Shown here one piece after another: positions 19,352 to 28,038 of a stretch of DNA of 64,000 nt (positions are counted from its first letter, which is position 1; every line of letters begins with the position of its first letter). The DNA comes from a virus, in IMG/VR virus record IMGVR_UViG_3300034072_001395, positions 1-64,000 of that record. One strand, given 5' to 3'. The translations under genes were made by a program, and so were the position numbers. A model generated the notes under the pieces. It was not told the DNA's origin. It saw nothing but the letters and a program-made list of their open reading frames with translations, and did not search any database.

Positions 19352-20221
19352 CTACGCCGGCGGTGACCCGAACGCAAGGGCTGTGACCGTCCGATGACCG
19401 AACGTGATCCGTGGGTAGAACTTCACCTTGCACGACTGCTCGACCGCGCCCTGACGGACCTTCATCGGGTACTGATCCGGGTAGAGGTCGCCCTTCCACG
19501 AGGACCCGCGAGGCGAGTCGATCCAGGCGCGGAACTCAACGGTGTTCATGCCCTTCTTGGCCGTGGCGCCCGACGTGCCGCCCGGCACGATGAAGGTGCC
19601 CGCGTGCGTGTGTGCCCGCACATCCTCGTAGCTCGACAAGATGCCGCCGTTGCCCTCCACCGTGCGAGACAGGGCGCTGCCTGCGGACAGGTCCTCGACG
19701 TGGATGGTCGACGGCATCTTGATGCGGTGCCCGTCCATGCGGACACCATTGAAGTAGAGGTCGAGGTACATGTTGGCCGCGTCCTGCCGCTGCCAGTCGA
19801 TCGCGCCCTCCGGCGGCGAACCCGCGGCGTATGCCTGCTCCATCGCAACGACGCGCCAGGCGGCGGCGTGGAAGGCGTAGGACACGCGGAGGCAGGAGGG
19901 CTGCCACGCGAGCCGGATGCGCATGCCGAAGCCGATGCTGGACGGCTCGTTGGCGTCGTTGCCGGTGATCGTCGCAGAGAGGCAGCGCAGGGTGCGACGC
20001 TGGATCTCGCCGCCCAGGAACACCATCTCGCCAGGGGCGACGTGCTCAGGGCCGTGCTCGAAGCCGGCGGCGAAGTTGCCCGTGCCGACACCCGACAGTC
20101 CGCCGTTGAGCAGGCTGTAGAAGCCCTCCTCGGGCGTCTCCGAGTAGAGGTTGTCCGCGTGCCCCGTCGCGTCAAGCGCGCTGCCGTTGGGGTAGTCGTG
20201 CGTGAGCGCGAGCGTCGGCAT
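19352..20221 (-). CDS. Virion tail-associated protein (289 aa)
   Basis: In the virion operon; N-terminus resembles the module repeated in the upstream gene. Confidence 0.6.
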   Translation of the reverse strand: MPTLALTHDYPNGSALDATGHADNLYSETPEEGFYSLLNGGLSGVGTGNFAAGFEHGPEHVAPGEMVFLGGEIQRRTLRCLSATITGNDANEPSSIGFGMRIRLAWQPSCLRVSYAFHAAAWRVVAMEQAYAAGSPPEGAIDWQRQDAANMYLDLYFNGVRMDGHRIKMPSTIHVEDLSAGSALSRTVEGNGGILSSYEDVRAHTHAGTFIVPGGTSGATAKKGMNTVEFRAWIDSPRGSSWKGDLYPDQYPMKVRQGAVEQSCKVKFYPRITFGHRTVTALAFGSPPA

Positions 20222-20223
20222 GG

Positions 20224-21864
20224 TCAGCCTCCCCGAGCGAAGGTGACGGCGATCGTCACGTCGGTGTATTGCAGATCCACGCTGGCGCTGTCGACGTAGT
20301 TCAGCGTCGCGCCGACCACGAAGAACTTCGTGATGCCCGACGCCAGAGGGACCGTGCGGAGGTCGAGGACGGCGAACAGGCTCACGTCCAGCTCGTCGTC
20401 GACGAGGCCGCCCACGGCCTCGTAGGGGTACGTCTGCACACCCGTGGGCTCGTTGACGTGCGTGGCCGCCCGCGAGAAGAAGCGCGCCGAGTTCTGGATG
20501 ACGGTGCTCGTGCCGCTGAACAGCGTGTAGCCGATGGCGAGCCCCGCCATGTGGTGAAGGGCGCCAGGGGTCTCCTCGTCAACCGTGGTGCTGCGCAGCT
20601 TGTCGACGTGGACCCGCGCGCGGATCTCCAGCACCCCGGCGTAGGTCGCCGCAGGGAAGAACACACCGACGCTGGGCGTGCAGTAGATCACCGACCCGGC
20701 GCCATCTTGGAGCGCCGTCCAGCCCGTCGAGCCCGTCAAGTTGACGAGTTCCACCGTGGTCGATGTCTCCGAGATCAGCGGGTTCTGGATCGTGACCGCG
20801 GAGCCCGACCACGCCTCGTACCCGTACATCGGCGTGCTGGACGACTTCGGGACCGGCGGGCTCAGGTGGTGGCGCACCAGGGCGAAGTCGGCGAGCGAGT
20901 CGGCCGTGATCGAGTTGAGGGCCGTTTCCAGGGCCTCGGCGTTGTCGTCGAACAGGTCGTCCTGCGCCATGCGATCGCCGGGCGCCAGGCCCGCGAGGGG
21001 GACGCTCACGAGCGCCGACCGCTCGCGGATCGACTCGATGTAAAGCCGGGTGAGCAGAGCCGTGCGCGACATGATCCCGATGCAGTCGTCATCGTCGAAG
21101 GCGCGCTGCTCCACACGGGGGATCCGGCGCGCCACGATGTCGACCGTGTGGCGACCGGGGGCGATCCCCACCTGCGCCTCCAGCGCAACGGTCATCAGCG
21201 GATGCCCCGGCGACATGCTCGCCTGCGACTTGCGCGCGATGAACCCCGGGTAGCGGGAGCCCGCCGCCTGCACCGACGGTTCGGCACGGATGCCGTCGAA
21301 GTCGCGCCACGTCGCGTCGAACACGCCGGAAACGCAGATGATCTCACCGTCCACACGGATGCCGAGCTGAAAGCTCGGCGGCTGGTTCATGCGGTAGTAG
21401 TCATTCACGCCATCCGACCACGCCTTGAACGCGCAGGCGAAGTCGTGCCGCGGCTCGTTGCCGGCGGGATCGAAGCCAGCCCACACATACTGGCAGTTGG
21501 CCGTGACGATGATCTGCTCGAACGCGGAGTCGAAGTCCTCAAACGCCTCGACGACCTCCCACTGGTAGGTGTTCGACACAACGACAACGCCGGTCAGCGC
21601 CTCCAGCTCGGCGCGCGTCTCCGGCGGCGGGTTGTGCGGCGGCGCGCCGACCGCGTAGAAGTCGAACTCCACCGTCGTGTTGATCACGTCAAACGACAGG
21701 AAGGCGTCGTCGGTGGCGTCAAAGCCGCCCGTGACCTTGGCGATGTTGGTCTCGTTGATGCCGCCAGCGAGCAGCTCGGCGGGGCGCGACACGTCCTGCA
21801 CGAAGTCGTCGGCGTCGAACGTGTCGCCCGTGCGAGGGTAGCGGCGCGGGAAGACGTAGGGCAT
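20224..21864 (-). CDS. Virion tail-associated protein with two-module structure (546 aa)
   Basis: Follows the nozzle gene with TGATG coupling; beta-rich. Confidence 0.6.
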   Translation of the reverse strand: MPYVFPRRYPRTGDTFDADDFVQDVSRPAELLAGGINETNIAKVTGGFDATDDAFLSFDVINTTVEFDFYAVGAPPHNPPPETRAELEALTGVVVVSNTYQWEVVEAFEDFDSAFEQIIVTANCQYVWAGFDPAGNEPRHDFACAFKAWSDGVNDYYRMNQPPSFQLGIRVDGEIICVSGVFDATWRDFDGIRAEPSVQAAGSRYPGFIARKSQASMSPGHPLMTVALEAQVGIAPGRHTVDIVARRIPRVEQRAFDDDDCIGIMSRTALLTRLYIESIRERSALVSVPLAGLAPGDRMAQDDLFDDNAEALETALNSITADSLADFALVRHHLSPPVPKSSSTPMYGYEAWSGSAVTIQNPLISETSTTVELVNLTGSTGWTALQDGAGSVIYCTPSVGVFFPAATYAGVLEIRARVHVDKLRSTTVDEETPGALHHMAGLAIGYTLFSGTSTVIQNSARFFSRAATHVNEPTGVQTYPYEAVGGLVDDELDVSLFAVLDLRTVPLASGITKFFVVGATLNYVDSASVDLQYTDVTIAVTFARGG

Positions 21865-23969
21865 CAGGTCTCCGTGGCCGTGGCGAGCCGGCGGCCCTGC
21901 TCCACGTCGAGGTCGGTGACTTCCATCTCCATCGAGATCAGCGCCATGCGGACGGGCGCCGTGACCTCGATCTCGAACTGGAGCCTGTGAACGTCGGACA
22001 GGTCGATGGTGAGCGCGCGGGCGACCGAGCGCCGGCGGGGTACCACCTTGTTGAGGCCCACCGATGCCGAGCCCCAGGCGCCTGCGCGCGCCGTCTGCGT
22101 GGTGTCCGTGCTGTCCACGCCGGGCACGTCGTCGAGCCGAAGCGTCTGCGTCTGCGTGAAGCCGTTCTCGAAGTTGCGGCGGAGGCGCACGGTTGCGGCG
22201 GCCCCCTCGTAGGTCTCGACGAACAAGATCCGCAGTTCAAGCACGCGGGACACTTCGCTCACGAAGGAGCCGAACGAGATCAGGTTCGACCGGAACCGCG
22301 ACACACGCGCCGGCGGCGTGTAGATGGGGATCTCCCGGTCGAGGACGTAGATGTCGTGCGAGCTGTAGGGGCCGGGCGAACCAGAGGGCGTCATCCGGGT
22401 CTGGAAGTCGGTGCCTGCCACCAGTTGCAGCGGGTCGGCGCCCGAGGTGATCGTCACCCCGGCGACGTGGATGCCGAGGTCCAGCTCCCGCCAGCCGAGC
22501 GCCGGCGAGTACGTCAAGATCAGGCGGTTGTAGGGAGAGCCGATCCGCGGCACCGCAAACCGGGCCTCGCCGTGCTCGGGCGAGTACCACGCCACGGCGC
22601 GGGAGAGCAGCGCCTTGTTGAGCCCCACGCGGAACTGACGCTCGATCGTCGCGGAGAGCCGATCGATCGTCTCGCCGTTGAACAGGTAGACGCCCGTGTC
22701 GTGGACGAAGACGAGCCCGGATCCTGGGATCAGCGTGACCGCCGAGGGGCCGACGCAGCCAACGCCGCCAGGAACCGGCTGCGGAGCGGCCAGGTCGGTC
22801 ACGTCCGTCATGCTGTTGCGCGTGAAGGCGTACATGCGGCCGTTCAGGGCAGCGAGCGCCGTGACCTGCGCGCCGTCCCGCGTGACGGTAACGTAGTCCA
22901 TCTCGGGCCACGTCCCCGGGATGCCGGGCTGCGAGCGGAACACCATGCTGCCCTCGGCAACGTAGAGGTGCCCGTGCAGCTCGGCCATGCAGTGAAAGAT
23001 GGGCGTCGGACGCAGGAAGGGCATCGGCCCCTGCGTCGCCGAAACATCGCCCGCCTCGTGGTATGCGAACTGCGCGCAGGGTACACGCGCGAGCAACTGC
23101 GGGATCGTGCTCTCGTTGAGCGTGTCCGGCGTCTGGTAGACGCGGACGTAGCGGGTGTGGTCGGGCGGGTCACAGGCCGAGCGGAGAGCGACGCCACGGG
23201 TCAGGTCGTTGATCTCGACGCCGAGCCCGGTCGTGCCATCCTTCTGGATGTTCGCGCGCAGAGGCCCGAACGTGATCGTCTGGCTCTCGGCAGACGCGAC
23301 CGAGAGGTTCCCGAGGAAGTCCTCGTACATCAACCGCCAGCGCCAGGCGCCCCTGAGCGTGCCGCTGTCCGCGTTGTTGAGCCGGTCACCGGGAGTTCCG
23401 AGGGCGCCGGGGAACGAGTAACCCAGGGATCCCGTCACGTCGGTGTTCTGGCCTTCCGGCCCAGGGTTCTCGGGGCCGAGCACATCAGGCGCCCCAGGGC
23501 GTGTCGTGAAGCCGAGCGGCATCACGTCGAGGTTCTCCGTGATGACCAGGGGCTCCGTCACGCCGTCGCAGTAGATGACGACCGAGCCGAACGTCAAGAA
23601 CTGCGGAGGGAACGGGCGCGCCACGTCGGTCGAGACGCCGGCCTTGATCAACGACCACGACCGGGTGGCCGGGACGTGCGCGTGGATCCCCGTGCTGGTC
23701 ACCGCCAGGAGCACCTCGCGCCGGCCGCCCCGCAGGTAGGCGTGGTGGACGGCGAACACGACGCCCGTGATGTTGCACAGCGAGGCCGACACGCCGCCAT
23801 CGCGGATCGTGATCGGCTCGTAGAGCGCGGGCCCCGAGACGCTGCACAGAACGCCGTCGGGGTCCATCGTCATGTTGAGGATCTGCTCTGCGCCGAGTTC
23901 CTCAGACGCGGCAAACCGCGAGGCCACCTGCCCGTAGGGGATGATCAGGGGGATCGCGCGGCTGCCCAT
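21864..23969 (-). CDS. Tail nozzle / stabilisation protein (tail tubular B / P22 gp10-like, 701 aa)
   Basis: Size and position; N-terminal 'NMTMDPDGVL..GP' pattern; beta-propeller-like repeats; GVGCVGPSAV motif. Confidence 0.7.
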   Translation of the reverse strand: MGSRAIPLIIPYGQVASRFAASEELGAEQILNMTMDPDGVLCSVSGPALYEPITIRDGGVSASLCNITGVVFAVHHAYLRGGRREVLLAVTSTGIHAHVPATRSWSLIKAGVSTDVARPFPPQFLTFGSVVIYCDGVTEPLVITENLDVMPLGFTTRPGAPDVLGPENPGPEGQNTDVTGSLGYSFPGALGTPGDRLNNADSGTLRGAWRWRLMYEDFLGNLSVASAESQTITFGPLRANIQKDGTTGLGVEINDLTRGVALRSACDPPDHTRYVRVYQTPDTLNESTIPQLLARVPCAQFAYHEAGDVSATQGPMPFLRPTPIFHCMAELHGHLYVAEGSMVFRSQPGIPGTWPEMDYVTVTRDGAQVTALAALNGRMYAFTRNSMTDVTDLAAPQPVPGGVGCVGPSAVTLIPGSGLVFVHDTGVYLFNGETIDRLSATIERQFRVGLNKALLSRAVAWYSPEHGEARFAVPRIGSPYNRLILTYSPALGWRELDLGIHVAGVTITSGADPLQLVAGTDFQTRMTPSGSPGPYSSHDIYVLDREIPIYTPPARVSRFRSNLISFGSFVSEVSRVLELRILFVETYEGAAATVRLRRNFENGFTQTQTLRLDDVPGVDSTDTTQTARAGAWGSASVGLNKVVPRRRSVARALTIDLSDVHRLQFEIEVTAPVRMALISMEMEVTDLDVEQGRRLATATET

Positions 23970-23981
23970 CCGAGGCTCCTA

Positions 23982-24521
23982 CTACGCGCGCGGGCTGTGC
24001 GCCCGCCCGATCTGCTTCAGGCGGGTCGCCTCGATGGCGGCGGCCATCTTGCGCTTGGCCTCGGCCTCGGCGTCCTGGCGTGCCTTGCGGTCCGTCTCCT
24101 TGGCGGCCCACACGGCCTTCCACTCGTCGGTGGTCAGCTTGTCGAGCCCGGGGAGCGCCGAGGCGTAGACGGTCTTGACGCGCGCGGCCCACGCCTTCGC
24201 GTCGTCGCTGTCCTCGGCGGGCGGGAAGCGGGCCGGCTCGGCGATCGGCGACCACCACAGGCCGAAGTTCAGCACCCAGCCCCGCGGGTGCCAGCCGGCG
24301 GCGGGCCACGTCGAGGTGTTGGCGGCGATCACCTGATTGTCCGGCATGACGACCTCGCGGATGGTGAGGTCGCCAGTGAGCCCGACGGTGTGGCGCACGA
24401 GGAGCGGGCGGGCCGTCTCGACCTGGCCGCGGGTGTAGTTGCGCTCGAAGATGGTGTCCTGGGACATGCCAGCGCAGACGATGGGGCCAACGACGTAGCC
24501 CGGAGGGACGTGAAGGGTCAT
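23982..24521 (-). CDS. Hypothetical protein (179 aa)
   Basis: Strong coding bias; coupled to the adaptor gene. Confidence 0.65.
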   Translation of the reverse strand: MTLHVPPGYVVGPIVCAGMSQDTIFERNYTRGQVETARPLLVRHTVGLTGDLTIREVVMPDNQVIAANTSTWPAAGWHPRGWVLNFGLWWSPIAEPARFPPAEDSDDAKAWAARVKTVYASALPGLDKLTTDEWKAVWAAKETDRKARQDAEAEAKRKMAAAIEATRLKQIGRAHSPRA

Positions 24522-26074
24522 AGGATCGGGGTCCTCTCGATTGTCTGGATGACGCCGCGGCCGGCGGTCAAGATGGTGGCGGGGTCGATGACGCCGCCCG
24601 GCTGCCCGTGGCGCGCACGGAACTCCTCGATGAACGCCTGATACCGGCCGCGGTAGACCTCGGCCATCTGCATGTCGCCGTCGTTCTGCTTGACGGCGCC
24701 GCAGATCAGGTTGAGGAGTGCATGGATGCCGTCGCGGTGCATCGGGATCACCGCGTAGTCGTCCTCCAGCGAGGCAGGCACCCGGCGGGCGTCGCCCACG
24801 AGGCTCATGGCGCGGTTGGGCGCCGGGTACAGCTCGAAGCCGTGGTAGCCAGGGGACGCGAACAGGGGGCGCTCGAAGTCGGGGATCGCCTCGCCAGTCC
24901 AGGTGTACGAGGCCGTGGTCGTCCCCACGGTGTCGGTCGGCTCGATCTCCGTCAACAGGTAGAACACGTCGGACGTGCCCACGTTGTTGTAGATGCTGCC
25001 CGACGACGTGATCACGTCGCGCACCCGGACGTAGATGCGGATCCGCAGGCCACTCCGACCGCGGAACGTGGAGCCGGTCAGCGTGCCGTGGTCGAAGCCG
25101 AGGCGCGCGTCAACGTTCTCGGCCGTGATGATGATGGACTTCGGGGCGTCCGAGACGACGTGCTCGCGGGTCACGAGCGCCGACGGGGCGCTCTCGTAGA
25201 AGGGGTCCAGTACGCCGCGGGGCGCCTCGCCCAGCACGCGCCCGGTGCGAGTGCCCCACACGAAGGTGTAGCAGAAGTCGAACGTGCCGCGCGGGAACGG
25301 CCCGATCCAAGTGTTGTCACTCCCGACCGACGTGTTCGGGACGAAGCGCGGCGTCTCCAGGGCGATCTTCGGGCCGCGCATGATGCTGTGGGGCTCGCCC
25401 GACAAGAGGGGCGCCGATCCGCTCTGGTACAGGTGCCGGTGCGTGTCGGGCGAGACGAGCATAACCTCGTTGCGGCGCACGTCCTGGGTGTAGAAGGACC
25501 GCCCCATCGCCACGAAGTCGGCGGGCAGGATGACGTACTTCTGGAAGATCTCAACGCCAGTCTGGACGCTGCCGGCGGGGATCGAGAAGGGGAGCGGGTT
25601 GACAAGGGAGACGTAGTAGCGGTAAACGGAGGGCGACACCTGTGTGTCCTCGAACACCCACCACTCGCGGGTCTGGAGTTCGTACACGTCGTCGCCGACC
25701 TTGATGCGGAGCCAGTAGCGCCCGTCCCAGGTCTTGTTGGTCGTAGGCACCCAGGCCGTCGTGAGCGTCGAGAGCAGACCGTCGGAGGCCGAGCGGAACT
25801 CCAGCACGCGGTCGTTGTAGATCGCCGGGGCCGCGGGGGAGGACGGGAGGCGCACGCCGGCGCCATAGGCGTCGAGCGAGATCACCGGGAGCACGTCGGC
25901 GCTCACGTTCGACGCCTCGAACGCCTCGACGGCATCCGCCGAGAACTGCGAGAAGGCGAGGTTGATCTCCCGGTTGATGGCCGCGAGCTGCGAGGCCGAC
26001 GCGAACGTCTTGCCCGTGCGGGCAGCGACAAGCTCGCGGATCTCCTTCCGGCTGGTCGGGGTATGCGTGCTCAA
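24518..26074 (-). CDS. Head-tail adaptor (tail tubular A-like) with inserted domains (518 aa)
   Basis: Helical N-terminus (EIRELVAART...INREINLAF) and C-terminus (LEDDYAVIP...HALL...AEVYRGRY) typical of adaptors; follows capsid and cement genes. Confidence 0.65.
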   Translation of the reverse strand: MSTHTPTSRKEIRELVAARTGKTFASASQLAAINREINLAFSQFSADAVEAFEASNVSADVLPVISLDAYGAGVRLPSSPAAPAIYNDRVLEFRSASDGLLSTLTTAWVPTTNKTWDGRYWLRIKVGDDVYELQTREWWVFEDTQVSPSVYRYYVSLVNPLPFSIPAGSVQTGVEIFQKYVILPADFVAMGRSFYTQDVRRNEVMLVSPDTHRHLYQSGSAPLLSGEPHSIMRGPKIALETPRFVPNTSVGSDNTWIGPFPRGTFDFCYTFVWGTRTGRVLGEAPRGVLDPFYESAPSALVTREHVVSDAPKSIIITAENVDARLGFDHGTLTGSTFRGRSGLRIRIYVRVRDVITSSGSIYNNVGTSDVFYLLTEIEPTDTVGTTTASYTWTGEAIPDFERPLFASPGYHGFELYPAPNRAMSLVGDARRVPASLEDDYAVIPMHRDGIHALLNLICGAVKQNDGDMQMAEVYRGRYQAFIEEFRARHGQPGGVIDPATILTAGRGVIQTIERTPIL

Positions 26075-26149
26075 CGCGGCCTCCGGTGGCAGGACGCCCC
26101 CGCGCAGTCTAACCCGCGCGAGGGCGTTTGGCGAACCGACCGGAGAGGG

Positions 26150-26665
26150 TCAGTCGGGGAGGGTCAGGGCGATGACGGCCGGGTCGCCCGCCGAGACGTT
26201 GGCGGACCCGAGAGCGAGGCCCACGGCCGCGGCCGTGACCGCGGCGACGGCCTGCACGGTGCCGCTGGTGACGGCGCCGACGCGAACCCCGATGGCCTTG
26301 GTCACGCCCGTCGAGGCATCCGCGGTGACGGTGGCGATGCCGTTGTAGATGACCCACCCGCCGTAGTTCGCGGCGAGGGCCGCCATGGTGGCGCCCCGCA
26401 CCCGGAAGGGCGAGGAGTCGTTCGGGGCGATCGACACGTAGTTGAGGTTGTTCTGGTCGGCGGTGACGGAGACCAGCTTGTTCGCCGCGATGGACGACCC
26501 GCTGGTGTTCTTCACGAAGCGGTACTTGGTCACCTGACCGGACGAGTTGGTCTCGACGCGGACAGTGCCAGGCGCGGGGGCGTTGGCGTTGAAGGAGGAC
26601 AGGTCGTAGGTGTCGGTGATCAGGCCGTCGCTGAACACCGCGGGAAGGCCAGGGGAGCTGCTCAT
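26150..26665 (-). CDS. Capsid cement / decoration protein (171 aa)
   Basis: Directly after the major capsid gene; KYRFVK and YGGWVIYNG motifs; A/V/G/T-rich. Confidence 0.65.
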   Translation of the reverse strand: MSSSPGLPAVFSDGLITDTYDLSSFNANAPAPGTVRVETNSSGQVTKYRFVKNTSGSSIAANKLVSVTADQNNLNYVSIAPNDSSPFRVRGATMAALAANYGGWVIYNGIATVTADASTGVTKAIGVRVGAVTSGTVQAVAAVTAAAVGLALGSANVSAGDPAVIALTLPD

Positions 26666-26689
26666 GGGAACCTCCGTGGTTGTCCGCGA

Positions 26690-27859
26690 TCAGGCCGCGG
26701 TGTTGGTGACGACGCCGTGCGCCGGGAGCTGGGACAGGTTGAAGTTGCCGAACCCGGTGAGGGGGACGACGATGTACCGCGTGCCGGTCGCCACGGAGTC
26801 CGTGGGCTTGCGGACGTTGAACATCTTGAGGATCGGGTCCGCGGAGGAGGACTCGGCGCCGGGGATGGCGTCCTCCTTCAGGGTGGTGATCCAGTGGAGG
26901 TAGTTGGTGTTGAGCAGGTAGATCAGCCCGCTCGCCGAGGTCGCGGCGTCCAGCGCGGTCGAGCCGAGCATGGACGAGTAGTGGACCTTGAGGCCGCCGA
27001 GGTCGGTCGTGATCAGGCCCTCGTTGGTCACCTCGCCGTTGTCGTTGGCGTCGGCCACGCGGACGTTCGCCTTCGACGAGTCGAGGATGTTGGCGAAGGT
27101 GATCGGGTCGGCGATGCCCACGTCGGGGAAGGACCCGGGGCTCACCAGGGCGCGGTTGTGGGTCGCGCAGCGGGCGCGGATCTGCCGGATGGCGGACATG
27201 CCATCGGTGTCCCAGTTCGTGGCCTGCTTGAACTGGTTGTAGTGGTGATTGCTCACCGACTTGACCAGGTCCTTGACCCGGTCGGTCTGCGAGGCCGGGG
27301 CCGCGAAGTCGAGCAGGCCGTTGGTGTTGCCGGTCAGGCTGCCGCCGGAGTAGGCGCCGTTCAGGGTGAGGATGTCCGCGTAGGTCGCGGTGGTCCCGGC
27401 CTTGAAGGGGTGGTCGGTGGCGACGTTGGCGCCGACCAGGAACCAGTTGACGAGGTCCTCGACGAGCCCGTGGACCGCGGCGTCGGTCTTGAGCTTGATG
27501 AGGTTCGAGGCGGAGCCGATGAACACGTCACCGCCGCCGGACGCGGTGCGCTCCTGCACGGAGAGCAGCTCGCGCTCGCTCAGGACCACGTTGGCCGCGA
27601 ACATGTGCGGCGTCACCTTGGTCTGGACGAGCCCGTTGGTCGAGGTCATGGCGATGGACTCGGTGCCCGAGTAGATCGCCTGGGCGGTGATGCCCGCCGA
27701 CGGGAGGTGGGCCTCCTCGAAGGGCGAGGACCCGCTGTGCAGGACCATGTTGCCGCGGCGCAGGATGTCGCGGACGAGGAGCTGCTGGGTGAGGATCTGA
27801 ACGCTGGCGGGCGCCAGCGCGTTCTTGACCTGTCCGAAGACGGCGTCGACCATGCCCAT
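26690..27859 (-). CDS. Major capsid protein (389 aa)
   Basis: Size; extreme codon bias; YSGTE...ANVVLSERELL...NLIKLK pattern of HK97-fold capsids; GGAGG RBS. Confidence 0.75.
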   Translation of the reverse strand: MGMVDAVFGQVKNALAPASVQILTQQLLVRDILRRGNMVLHSGSSPFEEAHLPSAGITAQAIYSGTESIAMTSTNGLVQTKVTPHMFAANVVLSERELLSVQERTASGGGDVFIGSASNLIKLKTDAAVHGLVEDLVNWFLVGANVATDHPFKAGTTATYADILTLNGAYSGGSLTGNTNGLLDFAAPASQTDRVKDLVKSVSNHHYNQFKQATNWDTDGMSAIRQIRARCATHNRALVSPGSFPDVGIADPITFANILDSSKANVRVADANDNGEVTNEGLITTDLGGLKVHYSSMLGSTALDAATSASGLIYLLNTNYLHWITTLKEDAIPGAESSSADPILKMFNVRKPTDSVATGTRYIVVPLTGFGNFNLSQLPAHGVVTNTAA

Positions 27860-27974
27860 GAGGGCCTCCAGAGACGGGAGAGAAGGGAGGTGCTGTGGCG
27901 CCTCGCGTCTCCCCGGACTCGGAGGACCCTTTCAGTTAGGGCTGCCCTCTCGTAGCCGGAACGCTTGCATGGAC

Positions 27975-28003
27975 AACGTACCCCGATCGCGCTCAGGTGT
28001 CAA
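27975..28003 (-). promoter_or_regulatory. Sigma70-like promoter TTGACA-17-TACGTT for the virion operon
   Basis: Consensus -35 with 17-nt spacer; 9-bp inverted repeat CGATCGCGC (27984-27992) / GCGCGATCG (28006-28014) brackets the -35. Confidence 0.6.
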
Positions 28004-28038
28004 GGGCGCGATCGCTCGAAACGTGATAGGAGGGGGCG

